Of a stretch of DNA of 64,000 nucleotides, positions 1 through 12,226 are shown in pieces. The DNA is from Sulfolobaceae archaeon. Lineage in GTDB: Archaea > Thermoproteota > Thermoprotei_A > Sulfolobales > Sulfolobaceae. The position numbers and the translations under genes are program-made. The stretch lies in contig JAWARQ010000002.1 of NCBI GenBank assembly GCA_038893355.1, positions 96,001-160,000 on the forward strand, written 5' to 3'. Each line of letters starts with the position of its first letter. Position 1 is the first letter of the stretch. The notes below the pieces were generated by a model. The model had not been told where the DNA came from. It saw nothing but the letters and a program-made list of their open reading frames with translations, and made no database searches.

Positions 1-27
1 ATAGAATTCTTCTCAGAAGTATTATAG

Positions 28-1017
28 TTAATAAAGCCAGCAGGCAACATAATGACCTTTCTTAACTTCCACTAGTTTAGGTTCTTCAAGTTTACATTTA
101 TCTAATGCAAATGGACATCTTGGATAAAATCTACAACCGTTCTCAGGAATTATTAACTCGTCTTTTATCCTTATCCTTATTAACTCATTTCTCCTTTCTG
201 GCCTAATTTTAGGATAAGCCTCAATTAATGCTTGAGTATAAGGATGAAGTGGATTGTTTATTAGCTCTTCTGTATCACCAATCTCTAATACTTTACCAGC
301 ATACATAATTGCAATTCTATCCGAAATCACTTTTGCTACTGGAATTTCATGAGTTATTAGTAAGAAGGAAGTAGATTTCATATTTCTTATATTATCAATA
401 ACCTTAAGTATTTCGCCTTTTAATGAAACGTCTAGCATTGTAACTGGCTCATCAGCAACTATATATTTTGGATCTAAAATTATAGCCCTTGCTATACTTA
501 ATCTTTGCCGCTGACCACCAGAAAGTTGGAATACGTAATTATCCAGTAACTCTTCTGGTAATCCTACAATTTCCATCGCACTTCTAATCTTTTCATTTAC
601 CTCCTCCTTCGATTTAATACCATGATATTGTAATGGAATTCTTAATGTATCATAAACTCTCATATATGGATCTATAGAGGAATAAGGATCTTGATAAACC
701 ATTTGTAAATAACTTCTTAACTCTCTCCATTTTTTACCCTTAACTCTAGTGATATCTATCTCTTCATTCTCCATATATAAGATTACATTCCCTTGCGTAG
801 GCTTGATTAAACCAATACTTGCTTTACCTAAAGTAGTTTTACCAGAACCACTTTCTCCAACTAATCCTAAAATTTCGCCCTTTCCGATTTCTAGATTCAC
901 ACCATCTACAGCCTTAGTAATACTCTTTTTCGATAGAATTCCTCCCCTAGTAAAATATACTTTTAAATTCCTTATTTCTAAAAGTTTAGTAGAGCCAACA
1001 TGCAACTTCCTCACCAT
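28..1017 (-). CDS. dppF: Peptide ABC transporter ATP-binding subunit (true start may be a few codons downstream)
   Basis: Walker A GESGSGKT, LSGGQRQR signature, ADEP Walker B, C-terminal GCRFYPRCP oligopeptide-ABC motif. Confidence 0.92.
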   Translation of the reverse strand: MVRKLHVGSTKLLEIRNLKVYFTRGGILSKKSITKAVDGVNLEIGKGEILGLVGESGSGKTTLGKASIGLIKPTQGNVILYMENEEIDITRVKGKKWRELRSYLQMVYQDPYSSIDPYMRVYDTLRIPLQYHGIKSKEEVNEKIRSAMEIVGLPEELLDNYVFQLSGGQRQRLSIARAIILDPKYIVADEPVTMLDVSLKGEILKVIDNIRNMKSTSFLLITHEIPVAKVISDRIAIMYAGKVLEIGDTEELINNPLHPYTQALIEAYPKIRPERRNELIRIRIKDELIIPENGCRFYPRCPFALDKCKLEEPKLVEVKKGHYVACWLY

Positions 1018-1927
1018 TGTTTAATTGCTTAAGTTTTGGCTCTTCCCTTTTACAAATATCCTTCACGAATGGACACCTTGGAAAGAATTTACAGCCTAAA
1101 GGAAGACTAGTTAAATCTGGCATATGACCGGGAATACCTTCTATTTTATCATTTTCTAAGGTTGGAATAGATTTAAGTAAAAGCTGAGTATAGGGATGCT
1201 TAGGATTCTTGTATATAATCTCTGAAGGTGAAGATTCCACAATCCTACCAGCATACATAATATATATCCTATCGGCCAATTCTGACATTAAAGCCAAATC
1301 ATGAGTAATAAAGATCATTGAAATTTCCAATTCTTTTCTAAGCGTCTTTAAAAGATTAATAATGTGAGCTTGTGTTATTACATCCAGGGCAGTTGTAGGC
1401 TCATCTGCTATTAATATCTCTGGATTTAGGGCTAAAGCCATTGCTATAAATGCCCTCTGCTTTTGTCCTCCAGAAAGCTCGTGAGGATACTTGTCAGCTA
1501 TTGAAGGATCCAGTCTTACCATCTTCAAAAGCTCTCTAACTCTTTCTTCATAATCACCTTTCCATCCATGGACTTCTAACACCTCCTTAATCTGGGCCCC
1601 TATTTTGTATACTGGTGTAAAGCCATTCATAGAGCCTTGGAAGACCATTGCTATCTTCTTCCACCTATATTTACTATTAAATTCATTTTCACTTAATTTA
1701 AGTAAATCTACACCATTATAAATTATCTCTCCACCAACTATCTTTCCTGGCGGTAAAATTAACCTCATTATTCCTAAACCAAAAGTACTTTTGCCAGATC
1801 CACTTTCCCCTGCTAGGCCAACTACTTCACCCTTCTCTAAATATAGGCTTACATTATCTACAGCCTTAATTATACCTCTTTTTAAATAATAATATATTTT
1901 TAAATTTTTCACTTCCAAAATTTTCAT
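986..1927 (-). CDS. dppD: Peptide ABC transporter ATP-binding subunit
   Basis: GESGSGKS, YPHELSGGQKQR, ADEPTTALD, HPYT...GCKFFPRCP. Confidence 0.93.
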   Translation of the reverse strand: MKILEVKNLKIYYYLKRGIIKAVDNVSLYLEKGEVVGLAGESGSGKSTFGLGIMRLILPPGKIVGGEIIYNGVDLLKLSENEFNSKYRWKKIAMVFQGSMNGFTPVYKIGAQIKEVLEVHGWKGDYEERVRELLKMVRLDPSIADKYPHELSGGQKQRAFIAMALALNPEILIADEPTTALDVITQAHIINLLKTLRKELEISMIFITHDLALMSELADRIYIMYAGRIVESSPSEIIYKNPKHPYTQLLLKSIPTLENDKIEGIPGHMPDLTSLPLGCKFFPRCPFVKDICKREEPKLKQLNNGEEVACWLY

Positions 1928-3300
1928 TATCTACCACCATATATAATTTTCTCTAAAGCAAGACCTACTAATACAAAAGGTAAAGAGACAATAACTATGG
2001 CTGCACCAGGGAATACGATCCACCACCACCAACCATTTACTGCAGCTTGATAAGCTTCAGCATCACTTAATATCTTTCCCCAAGTTATAATACCTGCAGG
2101 CTCAATTCCAATAAAAGCTAAAGTTTGTGATAATATTATTGCAGCAGGAATACCTAGTGCCATATACGCAGTAGCAAAAGGAATAAGCCTTGGAATAAAG
2201 TGAGTAAAAAATATCCTTCTTGCTGGGATTCCAAGTACCTTATCAGCCTCTACAAACGTTTGAGATCTAATTGATAGTGCCGTAGATCTCGCTATTATTG
2301 CATAAAAGGGCCATGATAAGAAAGCTATAAGTAAAGATTCTATTATAAGATCTGGTTTATACACAAATGAAACAGCAACTAAAAAAGGAAGTGCAGGTAA
2401 TGCTAGGAAGACTAAGATAACCCACTGAATTACATCATCCTTCTTACCGCCTAAATATCCAGATATACCACCAACCAAAACACCAATGACTACAGATACT
2501 ACAGACGTAAGGGAACCAATTAATAATGCAGGCCCCAATCCTATTAATATTCCTAGGTCTATAGGTCTTCCAAAGAAGTCGGTACCCATAAGACCGTATG
2601 CAGTTCCTACTAATATTATCTTATTTTGAATGGTGGATAATGGAGTAGTAGAAGTTATAATAATTTCAATATTATAATTACCTTTCTGAACAGGGTTATC
2701 TAGTAAACTTTTTCCATCTTGATTAAATAATGCCTTAGCTAGGGTTTGTGTTAAAACGTAAGTAGGAGTGCTTCCAGTTTCTTCGCTAATAAAGTTTACT
2801 ATAGTAGATTGGACGGAAATTAGATCAAATTGAGTATTAAAGAGGTTAGGAGGAACATTAATCGTTAAATTATTACCAGAAGGCTTTATCCACGTAATAG
2901 AAATCGTAGAAGGTGATGAATTGAATTTCAGAATGAAATATACGTCAGATGGTGGTACATCTTTATCCCAATTAAAGTTAAAGTTATCAATATAAATATA
3001 AATAGTTTGATTCGAAGATATAGGTATAATTTGAAATAGTCTAAAATTACCATAAATTTCTTGTGAAGAGAAATAAACTGAGGGATTAAACAGAGAGTAC
3101 CAGATTGGAGGGGCAGACTGAGGATTAGTAAGAAAACCAGTACCACTTAGCCATTCAGAATACAAAGTTGGGGGAACTACTATTGAAGATAATAATGAGA
3201 TGATAAAAAAGATTATTATCAAGATTATACCAGCCTTACCCATCTTAGACCTCCATAATTCTCTTAGATAATATCTCATTCCAAATGACTTGTAGGACAT
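1927..3300 (-). CDS. dppC: Peptide ABC transporter permease with large extracytoplasmic loop
   Basis: LMGTDFFGR motif, EAA-like FVEADKVLG loop, WWWIVFPG; operon context. Confidence 0.88.
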   Translation of the reverse strand: MSYKSFGMRYYLRELWRSKMGKAGIILIIIFFIISLLSSIVVPPTLYSEWLSGTGFLTNPQSAPPIWYSLFNPSVYFSSQEIYGNFRLFQIIPISSNQTIYIYIDNFNFNWDKDVPPSDVYFILKFNSSPSTISITWIKPSGNNLTINVPPNLFNTQFDLISVQSTIVNFISEETGSTPTYVLTQTLAKALFNQDGKSLLDNPVQKGNYNIEIIITSTTPLSTIQNKIILVGTAYGLMGTDFFGRPIDLGILIGLGPALLIGSLTSVVSVVIGVLVGGISGYLGGKKDDVIQWVILVFLALPALPFLVAVSFVYKPDLIIESLLIAFLSWPFYAIIARSTALSIRSQTFVEADKVLGIPARRIFFTHFIPRLIPFATAYMALGIPAAIILSQTLAFIGIEPAGIITWGKILSDAEAYQAAVNGWWWWIVFPGAAIVIVSLPFVLVGLALEKIIYGGR

Positions 3301-3302
3301 TG

Positions 3303-4355
3303 TTACTCACTCACTTTAGTCCTAGGATCTAACAATCCATATATTAATTCTCCTATGAAGAGTCCTATTAATAAGACGATAGTAAGAACATAAGCTAATG
3401 CTAATATCACTGGTAAATCTTGCTGCTGTACTGCGAGATAAGTTAATAATCCTACGCCAGGCCATAAGAATACTATTTCCGTAACGATACCACCTGCAAA
3501 AGAACCAGCAATTGCTAATATAGCCTGAGTAGCTATAGGCGGAGATGCCGTCCTTAAAACATGCCTATATATTATCCTTCTCTCTGGTAAGCCCCTAGCT
3601 TTCGCTGTTAAGGTAAAATCTTCTTTCATAACGGATAGTACTAATCCTCTAACTACGTAAGCAAATCCACCAACATTTATTATAAAGAATGTTATTAAAG
3701 GTAGAATAAGATGATAAAGAACATCTAAAGTATAATTTAGTGGATCTTTAGGAGGAGGTATAGAATTCATTCCCCCTGGAGGGAATATCCTAACTCCATA
3801 AGCTAACGCCGCTATTAATACAAAACCAAGCCACCATGTAGGAATGCTATTATGTATAATCGCAATTGGTGGTAATATTTTATCCCAGATTGAACCAGAG
3901 TACCTAGCAGCTAACAATCCAATAATAGTTCCCGCAAAAATTACAAGTAAAGTACCAGTCGTAAAAAGTAATATTGTATTAGGAAGATAAGCCATTATAA
4001 TATCAGCTACAGAGCTTGAACCTTGAGGAGTTGTTAAGAAGTAAGATTTTCCAAAGTTAAATGTAAGTAAATTTTTCATTTGGATGAAATATTGAGATAG
4101 AATGGGTTGATTAACACCATATGCCTCATACAGACTTTCCTTATATTTTTGTATACTTTCAACTATTTCTTGTTGTGATAAACCCTTTGCATGGGTAGCT
4201 AAATAAGCTTGATATTGCTGAACATCATTATTTATATTATTAATCAATATTTGTTGTAAAACTGGATAAGTGAAAATATATAAAATTGTAATTGTAGCAA
4301 TAAGAACTGAAAAATAAATAATTGCCTTTTTAACAAGAAATTTTATATAACCCAT
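3303..4355 (-). CDS. dppB: Peptide ABC transporter permease
   Basis: FNFGKS, TAKARGL EAA loop, EIVFLWPGVG, C-terminal LDPR. Confidence 0.9.
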   Translation of the reverse strand: MGYIKFLVKKAIIYFSVLIATITILYIFTYPVLQQILINNINNDVQQYQAYLATHAKGLSQQEIVESIQKYKESLYEAYGVNQPILSQYFIQMKNLLTFNFGKSYFLTTPQGSSSVADIIMAYLPNTILLFTTGTLLVIFAGTIIGLLAARYSGSIWDKILPPIAIIHNSIPTWWLGFVLIAALAYGVRIFPPGGMNSIPPPKDPLNYTLDVLYHLILPLITFFIINVGGFAYVVRGLVLSVMKEDFTLTAKARGLPERRIIYRHVLRTASPPIATQAILAIAGSFAGGIVTEIVFLWPGVGLLTYLAVQQQDLPVILALAYVLTIVLLIGLFIGELIYGLLDPRTKVSE

Positions 4356-4356
4356 C

Positions 4357-6993
4357 TTACCTCCTCCTAAGAAGTATTACGGCTATAATTATTATTATAA
4401 TTATAACTACTACTGCTATTATAATAGAAGTACTTATCCCACCGCCAGCAGATGTAGTTGTAGTTGTTGGTAGAGATGGAGGAGTCGTTAAAGTAGTTGT
4501 AGTTGGAAGTGTAGTGGTTGTAGTCATTGTAGTTGTTGGTGGAGGAGTAACTATAGTTGAGTACATATAAGGATATACTAATACACTATCCTGCGTATAA
4601 GCATACATTATTAGATTATATCTTCCTGCCGGCAATTGAGATGGTATCTTAAGGCTAAATGAACCATCACTACCAGTATTTGTAATTAAGGTGGATAACA
4701 CTTTTCCTGCAGATGTAATTTGAATTACTACAGTAACATTAGGTGCTGGTGAAGAGGTTGATGAACCCATTAGTGTCTGCAATACTTTCCCTGATATGCT
4801 ACTTCCTGCAGAAATTACACTTGGAATAGAAATACTTATACTGAATAATCTACCTGGCTTAGTAATAACATCTGGTACGTTCATGGCAAAATACGGGCTC
4901 TTAACTAAAACTGCCTGTGGCGGTGAAAGTTGTGGAGAGTACTGAGATAATATGTATGGACCAGAACCTATTAATGCATGACCATATTGCTTTATAAAGG
5001 ATATAGCAGCAGAATATTCTGCTTTTGCAGTAGAATTATCAATTAAGGTAATCCCACTTAATTTCTGTGCATCTAATAACGGTTTAGGTATATAAGGTAT
5101 TGACGAGTAATTCCCTAAAGCATATAATATTAATTTGACATGTTGAGGATTAACTAAACTTAACCAATCAATACCTTTTGCTGCTGCTGTAGATCTGAAC
5201 CAGGCAGCCTTACCATCCTGAACAACCTTTTCCATTCCAACATAAAGCACCCAGGGCAGATTTCCACCCCATGGTAATGCATTGCCTAATGGAATAAAAC
5301 TACCTAGAGTATTGTAAGCTATGTAGTTTGGATCAAAATACCATACATTACTCCAGATTTCTATAGCTGTAGAATTTAATATCTTAAAACCTACTATTTG
5401 TTGTAAGGATGGAGCATAAACTGCATTTGCAGCACTTTCATAAACACCACTTGCATTATCTAATGCAACCCTAGCTGCAGCAATATATTGATATATAATG
5501 TCAGCTAAGGTCACGGGTTGACCATCCTGCCATTTTGTATTCTTAAGATAAGGCGAAAAGTCAAATATTATATCTGCCTTAGCCTTAACACCTTTTCCTA
5601 CAGTAGTAATTGTATGCGCAGAAACATTATAAATTAATGCATTAGAAGGAACACTTATTGATGGTGTTTGAGAATATGAAACAATCTTAAAAGTAAATCC
5701 GAATGGTATCGCATAACCATTAGAAGGAATTGTAGTAGTCATAGGAACAATAGTTCCTAATGCTATTTGATCTGTGTAAGCATCAGAGAATCCGCCCACT
5801 GGGTTCCAAGCACCTCTACTTAAGAATCTAACTCCAAATTTTGCTTCTCCAGTTGGCGAAGAAATTGTTAAATAACTTTGAAAGCCTAATAAACTGCCAA
5901 ATGCAAAATCTGGATTAACACCACTTAATTGAGGTGAAGCAAATACTGGTAAAATACTTTGAGCTATAAATACTCGTATAGAGGAATTGATACCTAAATC
6001 CACTAATTGGTTGAGTAATGAATCCCTTTCTGCCTTACTTGAATAATTATAGTTAATTAATTTCATTGCTACTAAATCAATTTTATTTATAGTTGAAATT
6101 AGAGAAGGTAATTCATACTTAGAATCATTATATGTACCCCAAGTTAATCCATAATAGTCTGTAGCTGGTAAGTTCCCTACTTGTGTAGAATACATATTTA
6201 TTGCTAAACCTTCGTCATAATAACTATAAACTCCACCCCAGGCTTCTACATATATATTCCATGTTGAATTAACTGGATCTGGACCATAAACTACGTCATA
6301 TGCCTTGGCTAAATCTCCCTCTATAGTTTGTACATTAAATCCTAATTTTTTAAGTTGCTGTACTAGATATAAACCAAATTGTTGCCTTACTGTATCATCA
6401 ATTCTTATAAATACATATATCGTTATTGGTTTATTTCCGTAATACCACATTCCATTTACTAACTTTGCGCCATGTGCAGTGAGGGTTTTGTATATCGTTA
6501 AGTTCGCATAAGTGAGGTTATAAGTTATGAATGAATACTTTCCAGTTGTATTAGCAACTACTATAGCATCCAATTCACCACCATAAGGAGATATTATTGG
6601 AATTCCATAACCACCTAATAATGTATTAACGAAATAGTTTCTATCTATTATGAAATTCATAGCAAACCTAACTTCTTGAAACATAAATGGGTTAAAGCCA
6701 AAACTAGTGTTTAACGGGTTCAGAACTATATCATATAAAGTTCCTGGAAATGGGTATGCTGATACGTTTTTCGGAAATGAGCCACCAAAAACATTAGGAG
6801 GAACTTGGAAAAGATATGCGTTAATATCTCCCTTAATGAATGCTGTAGCACCTGCTTGATCATTTCCTTGATATGATATAAACGTTATTTTATTTAACTT
6901 TGGGTAAGACTCTGCTATTGAAATTAGGGAAGGTATTAAGGACAGGACAAGGACTGCTAGTATTGCGAGACCAACTAGAGACTTATACTGCAT
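4357..6993 (-). CDS. dppA: Peptide ABC transporter substrate-binding protein (family 5), C-terminally anchored
   Basis: N-terminal signal peptide; NPF..EVRFAMN..IDR and WQDGQPVT..DI motifs; Thr-rich linker, TM helix and RRR at C-terminus. Confidence 0.85.
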   Translation of the reverse strand: MQYKSLVGLAILAVLVLSLIPSLISIAESYPKLNKITFISYQGNDQAGATAFIKGDINAYLFQVPPNVFGGSFPKNVSAYPFPGTLYDIVLNPLNTSFGFNPFMFQEVRFAMNFIIDRNYFVNTLLGGYGIPIISPYGGELDAIVVANTTGKYSFITYNLTYANLTIYKTLTAHGAKLVNGMWYYGNKPITIYVFIRIDDTVRQQFGLYLVQQLKKLGFNVQTIEGDLAKAYDVVYGPDPVNSTWNIYVEAWGGVYSYYDEGLAINMYSTQVGNLPATDYYGLTWGTYNDSKYELPSLISTINKIDLVAMKLINYNYSSKAERDSLLNQLVDLGINSSIRVFIAQSILPVFASPQLSGVNPDFAFGSLLGFQSYLTISSPTGEAKFGVRFLSRGAWNPVGGFSDAYTDQIALGTIVPMTTTIPSNGYAIPFGFTFKIVSYSQTPSISVPSNALIYNVSAHTITTVGKGVKAKADIIFDFSPYLKNTKWQDGQPVTLADIIYQYIAAARVALDNASGVYESAANAVYAPSLQQIVGFKILNSTAIEIWSNVWYFDPNYIAYNTLGSFIPLGNALPWGGNLPWVLYVGMEKVVQDGKAAWFRSTAAAKGIDWLSLVNPQHVKLILYALGNYSSIPYIPKPLLDAQKLSGITLIDNSTAKAEYSAAISFIKQYGHALIGSGPYILSQYSPQLSPPQAVLVKSPYFAMNVPDVITKPGRLFSISISIPSVISAGSSISGKVLQTLMGSSTSSPAPNVTVVIQITSAGKVLSTLITNTGSDGSFSLKIPSQLPAGRYNLIMYAYTQDSVLVYPYMYSTIVTPPPTTTMTTTTTLPTTTTLTTPPSLPTTTTTSAGGGISTSIIIAVVVIIIIIIIAVILLRRR

Positions 6994-7152
6994 AAATAAT
7001 TTGATTCAGAAAACCTTAAAAAACTTACTTAAAGCTCATTTTAAGCTAAACACTAGAATAAATAACAATTATGATTGCCTAAATTGTATTTAATTTCATT
7101 ATATCACAATTATTATTTTTTAGCTTTATTTTATAAATAAAATTATTTTAAT

Positions 7153-7587
7153 TTAAAATTTTTTATTAACTACAATATCTAAAAGTAATTCCATAACTTC
7201 TTCATTCTTCTGATTTTTACCTACAATCTTAAGTAATACTTTGCCTCTTTTGCCCAAATCTTCCTTCTGTACTACTTCAACAGTAGCCCTTATCGTATCT
7301 CCTATCCTAACGGGCTTTTTAGCCTCCATTTCAAGCTTTCGTAAAGCTATAAAACCTTCACCGAATGGGTCTGAATTCAGTTGATAAGTTAACCCTACTA
7401 GAATCGAAGCTGTTAATAATCCAGGAGCTATTCTTCCCTCAAATCCTACTTTTCTAGCATATTCGTCACTTAAGAATAATGGATTTGTAGCCCCAGTATG
7501 TGTAGAGAATATAACTATATCTGCCTCAGTAATCATTCTCTCTTTAGTCTCCCATTTCTGACCAATTTGAAAATCTTCATAATACAT
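7153..7587 (-). CDS. MaoC-family (hotdog-fold) dehydratase
   Basis: YYEDF..G, ITEADI..F...TG..NPL, GRIAPG, PVRIGDT. Confidence 0.85.
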   Translation of the reverse strand: MYYEDFQIGQKWETKERMITEADIVIFSTHTGATNPLFLSDEYARKVGFEGRIAPGLLTASILVGLTYQLNSDPFGEGFIALRKLEMEAKKPVRIGDTIRATVEVVQKEDLGKRGKVLLKIVGKNQKNEEVMELLLDIVVNKKF

Positions 7588-7649
7588 GTTAGAGTAGTTC
7601 TAAAAGTCTTCTAATAAATTTATCCTTAAGTAATAAAATCTCCTTATTA

Positions 7650-8783
7650 TTAGCCTTTTGGTAAACCTAGTATTACCTCGCCAATAACATTTCTAAGTAT
7701 TTCAGAAGTACCACCAGCTATAGTTCTACCTCTTGATCCTAATAAACCAATTATCCAACTGTTAGGAAAGCCCTCTTCAATTACTAGAGCTTCAATTCCC
7801 ATATTCTTTACTGCCTCCTCATAAACTCTCTGTAAACTTTCTGAACCTTTAATTTTAATTGGAGTTATTTCCGGCCCTACATCATAACCCTTCTTGATTT
7901 TCTCTATTATTCTCTTATAGTAGCTTTTAACTGCATATATTTCTACTGCCAAATCTTTAATCTCCTCATGGTCAGCAGTAAATAACGATAATAGTTGCCT
8001 CATTACTCTTTCTGCTGCAAAAACTGTAGCTATTCCTACATTTAATCTTTCTCTATTTAGGGTACTCATTGCTATCTTCCAACCATCACCAATTTTTCCT
8101 ATCATATTTTCCTTAGGAACTTTAACTTTATCTAGATATACTATATTAAAATCAGCATTCCCAGTAATTTGTCTAATAGGTGAAACCTTAACGCCTTGAG
8201 ATTTCATATCTACTATTAACATTACTAGACCCTTATGTCTATCTGAAACACTACCAGTTCTGGCAAGTAGTAACATAAAATCAGCTACATGTGCAAAGCT
8301 GCTCCAGATTTTTTGACCAGAAACTTCAAAATACTCACCTTTATCTTCAGCTTTTGTTTGTATATTAGCTAAATCTGAGCCAGCAGTAGGTTCGGAAAAG
8401 CCTTGACACCATATTTCTTCAGCAGTTAATATCTTCTTTATATACCTCTTCTTTTGCTCCTCGGTACCATGAGCTAGAAGTGTTGGACCAACAACCGGTA
8501 TCCCTAGCCCTATACCATCATAAGGTACATTAAACTTAGCAAATTCCTCTCTAACTATTATCTCCTTAAAAGGATCCTCCCCCCAACCTCCATACTCTTT
8601 AGGCCAAGATATTCCTATAAAACCAGCTTCATAAGCCTTTCTTTGCCACCTCCTTACTAACTCAATATCAACCGAAAACCAACCACTAAACCAACCGCCA
8701 CTACTCATTCTAAGCTGCGGAGGGGCATTTTCTTCTAACCAATTCCTAACCTTCTCTCTAAACTTCTTATACTCGTCCATCAA
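7650..8783 (-). CDS. Acyl-CoA dehydrogenase
   Basis: WCQGFSEPTAGSDLA, GQKIWSS, TIAGGTSEI. Confidence 0.92.
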   Translation of the reverse strand: MMDEYKKFREKVRNWLEENAPPQLRMSSGGWFSGWFSVDIELVRRWQRKAYEAGFIGISWPKEYGGWGEDPFKEIIVREEFAKFNVPYDGIGLGIPVVGPTLLAHGTEEQKKRYIKKILTAEEIWCQGFSEPTAGSDLANIQTKAEDKGEYFEVSGQKIWSSFAHVADFMLLLARTGSVSDRHKGLVMLIVDMKSQGVKVSPIRQITGNADFNIVYLDKVKVPKENMIGKIGDGWKIAMSTLNRERLNVGIATVFAAERVMRQLLSLFTADHEEIKDLAVEIYAVKSYYKRIIEKIKKGYDVGPEITPIKIKGSESLQRVYEEAVKNMGIEALVIEEGFPNSWIIGLLGSRGRTIAGGTSEILRNVIGEVILGLPKG

Positions 8784-8828
8784 GACATATATCTGAAAAA
8801 TTAAAATATAAGTTAAACCTTATAGTTA

Positions 8829-9746
8829 GTGAAGTATGTGATAAAAAGGATAGTAACAACAGAACCTTCATCTACGGAACTTGTAGCTTATTTAGATGGG
8901 CTGAGAAGACTTGTTGGAGTAAGTGATAAATGTAGTTTCCCTCCAGAGGTTATAAGATTAAGAAAGGTAGTTAAAACTAGATTAGAGACTGATAACCTTT
9001 CGTCTAAGGAAATAGATGAAAAGGTTAGGGAGTTTATTAAGAGTAATAAAGCAATATTTGAGGTAGACTGGAACGCTATAGAAGAACTTAATCCAGATTT
9101 AATCATAGGTCAAGGTTTATGTGAAGTTTGTGCATTGCCCATAAAATCTTTTTTAAATAGTAAAATTAAACTAAAAATTCCTAAAAAGTTTAGGGTTTAT
9201 AAAGTATTTGAATATAGCCCTAAAGGTTTCCTCGAAATTGCAGAATATGCATATAAACTATCTAAATTATTAGATGTGGAGGAAAAAGGAAAGGAATTAT
9301 TAAATAGGTTTATAAGTGAATACAATTCACTAACTGGAATAGGCCACGGGAAAAGAATCTTGGTTATCGAATGGCTAGATCCTATATATGTAGCAGGATT
9401 ATGGATTTCTGATCTAATAACAGCTACTGGTTCTCAGACCTTGATTAGACCAAAAGAGTTTGGGAAAAGGGTTTCATTAGAGGAAATTAAAAAATTTTCA
9501 CCTTCTTTATTAATAATTTCTCCCTGCGGATTTGACATTAGACGAACGTTAAAGGAAATTGACTTAATACATAAAATAATTAATGATGTTAAGAGTATCA
9601 GGGAGGCTTACGTAGTAGATTCTGCGTATACAGCTAACCCTGCTCCTAGAATTCTGAAATTCGTTGAATTCTTAAGAGGTGTATTAACAAATATTTACGA
9701 TAATAACGAGAAGAATTTAGACAAAATTGGAGTAAAATTGTTATGA
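8829..9746 (+). CDS. BtuF/Fe-siderophore-type binding-protein homologue lacking a signal peptide
   Basis: RIV...PS.TE N-terminal motif, PDLII, LCEVCA, EWLDPI..AG.W, PCGF. Confidence 0.7.
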   Translation: MKYVIKRIVTTEPSSTELVAYLDGLRRLVGVSDKCSFPPEVIRLRKVVKTRLETDNLSSKEIDEKVREFIKSNKAIFEVDWNAIEELNPDLIIGQGLCEVCALPIKSFLNSKIKLKIPKKFRVYKVFEYSPKGFLEIAEYAYKLSKLLDVEEKGKELLNRFISEYNSLTGIGHGKRILVIEWLDPIYVAGLWISDLITATGSQTLIRPKEFGKRVSLEEIKKFSPSLLIISPCGFDIRRTLKEIDLIHKIINDVKSIREAYVVDSAYTANPAPRILKFVEFLRGVLTNIYDNNEKNLDKIGVKLL

Positions 9747-10408
9747 ATTATGAAGAATTTTTATCAAGACTAATTTCATGCCAGAAATGTAAAAGACTCG
9801 TAGAATTTAGGAGTAGATTCCCAGATAATTACTGGAAGAGACCCGTTCCTCCAAACGGAAGTTTAGATGCTGAAATAGTGATTATAGGTATTGCACCAGC
9901 ACCAGAGGGAGGAAATAGAACCGGTAGAATGTTTACTGGAGATGAGAGCGGGAACAATTTAGCTAGAGCACTTTATGAAGCTGGACTCGCTAATCAACCT
10001 TATTCAGTTTCAAAAAACGACAATCTAGTTCTTTACAATATTTATATTACCTCAGCAGTAAAATGTGCCCCGCCAAATCATAAGCCGACTAGAGAAGAAA
10101 TAAAAAATTGTACAGAATATTTGAAGAGCGAAATAAAATTTTTAAAAAATGCAAAAGTTTTTGTTACTCTAGGGAGAGTAGCATATGAAACTTTAATTAG
10201 TATTCTCGAAGAACTCTATGGAATAAAAATTAATAAAAAATTTTTGCATCAAAATATAATAAAAATGGAAATAGGAAATAGGAAAATTTATATTATAACA
10301 TCATATCACCCTAGCCCCAGAAATGTTAGAACTGGTAGATTGAAAATTGAAGAGTTAGTAAAAATTTTTGAGAGGGCTAAAATTCTTGTGGAAGAGGCTA
10401 GACAATAG
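9743..10408 (+). CDS. Uracil-DNA glycosylase, family 5 (Fe-S)
   Basis: C-x2-C near N-terminus, GIAPA..GGNRTGRMFTGD, KCAPP, YHPSPRN. Confidence 0.9.
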   Translation: MNYEEFLSRLISCQKCKRLVEFRSRFPDNYWKRPVPPNGSLDAEIVIIGIAPAPEGGNRTGRMFTGDESGNNLARALYEAGLANQPYSVSKNDNLVLYNIYITSAVKCAPPNHKPTREEIKNCTEYLKSEIKFLKNAKVFVTLGRVAYETLISILEELYGIKINKKFLHQNIIKMEIGNRKIYIITSYHPSPRNVRTGRLKIEELVKIFERAKILVEEARQ

Positions 10409-10478
10409 TCTTATATCATTCTTATCAGTTGTCTAAACAAACCTCACAATTTATATACTTTACTCATGACTTAAGTAT

Positions 10479-11740
<1,262 letters not shown>

Positions 11741-11747
<7 letters not shown>

Positions 11748-12211
11748 TGATAAGAAGGGCAAGAAAAGAAGAGATAGATATAGTTGCTAATCTATTATCT
11801 AGGATGTATAGATTAAATAGTGAATTCGATCCATTACTTCAAGTTCCAGAAGATCTTGAAGAGAGAATGAAAAAATCTCTAGAAATTAGTATGATCGACG
11901 ATAATTTCATTATAGTAGTAGCTGAAGAGGAGGGAAAAATAGTGGGGGCTGCTAGAGTTAGAATAGCTAATAGAGAATTTTATGTCCCAGAAAGAGAAGG
12001 TATAATAGAAGAGATCTATGTACATCCCTCTTACAGAAGGAGAGGGATAGGTGAAGCAATAATAAATTATATTCAGAGGGAATTATCTAACAAGGGTATA
12101 AAGATTATATCTGCACATTTTCCAGCAAAGAATGTAATTGCAGTATCATTCTATAATAAATTAGGATTTATAGAAGAACATTATCATTTTATAAAATATA
12201 TTTCAAAATAG
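11741..12211 (+). CDS. GNAT-family N-acetyltransferase
   Basis: V.P.YRRRGIG acetyl-CoA motif, N..A..FY.KLGF; overlaps end of malic enzyme gene. Confidence 0.9.
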
Positions 12212-12226
12212 CTAATTAAAAAGGTG

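Noticed and set aside
4440-4550. GTT/GTA-rich repeat-like tract
   Set aside because: Encodes the Thr/Pro linker of the binding protein; ordinary low-complexity coding sequence
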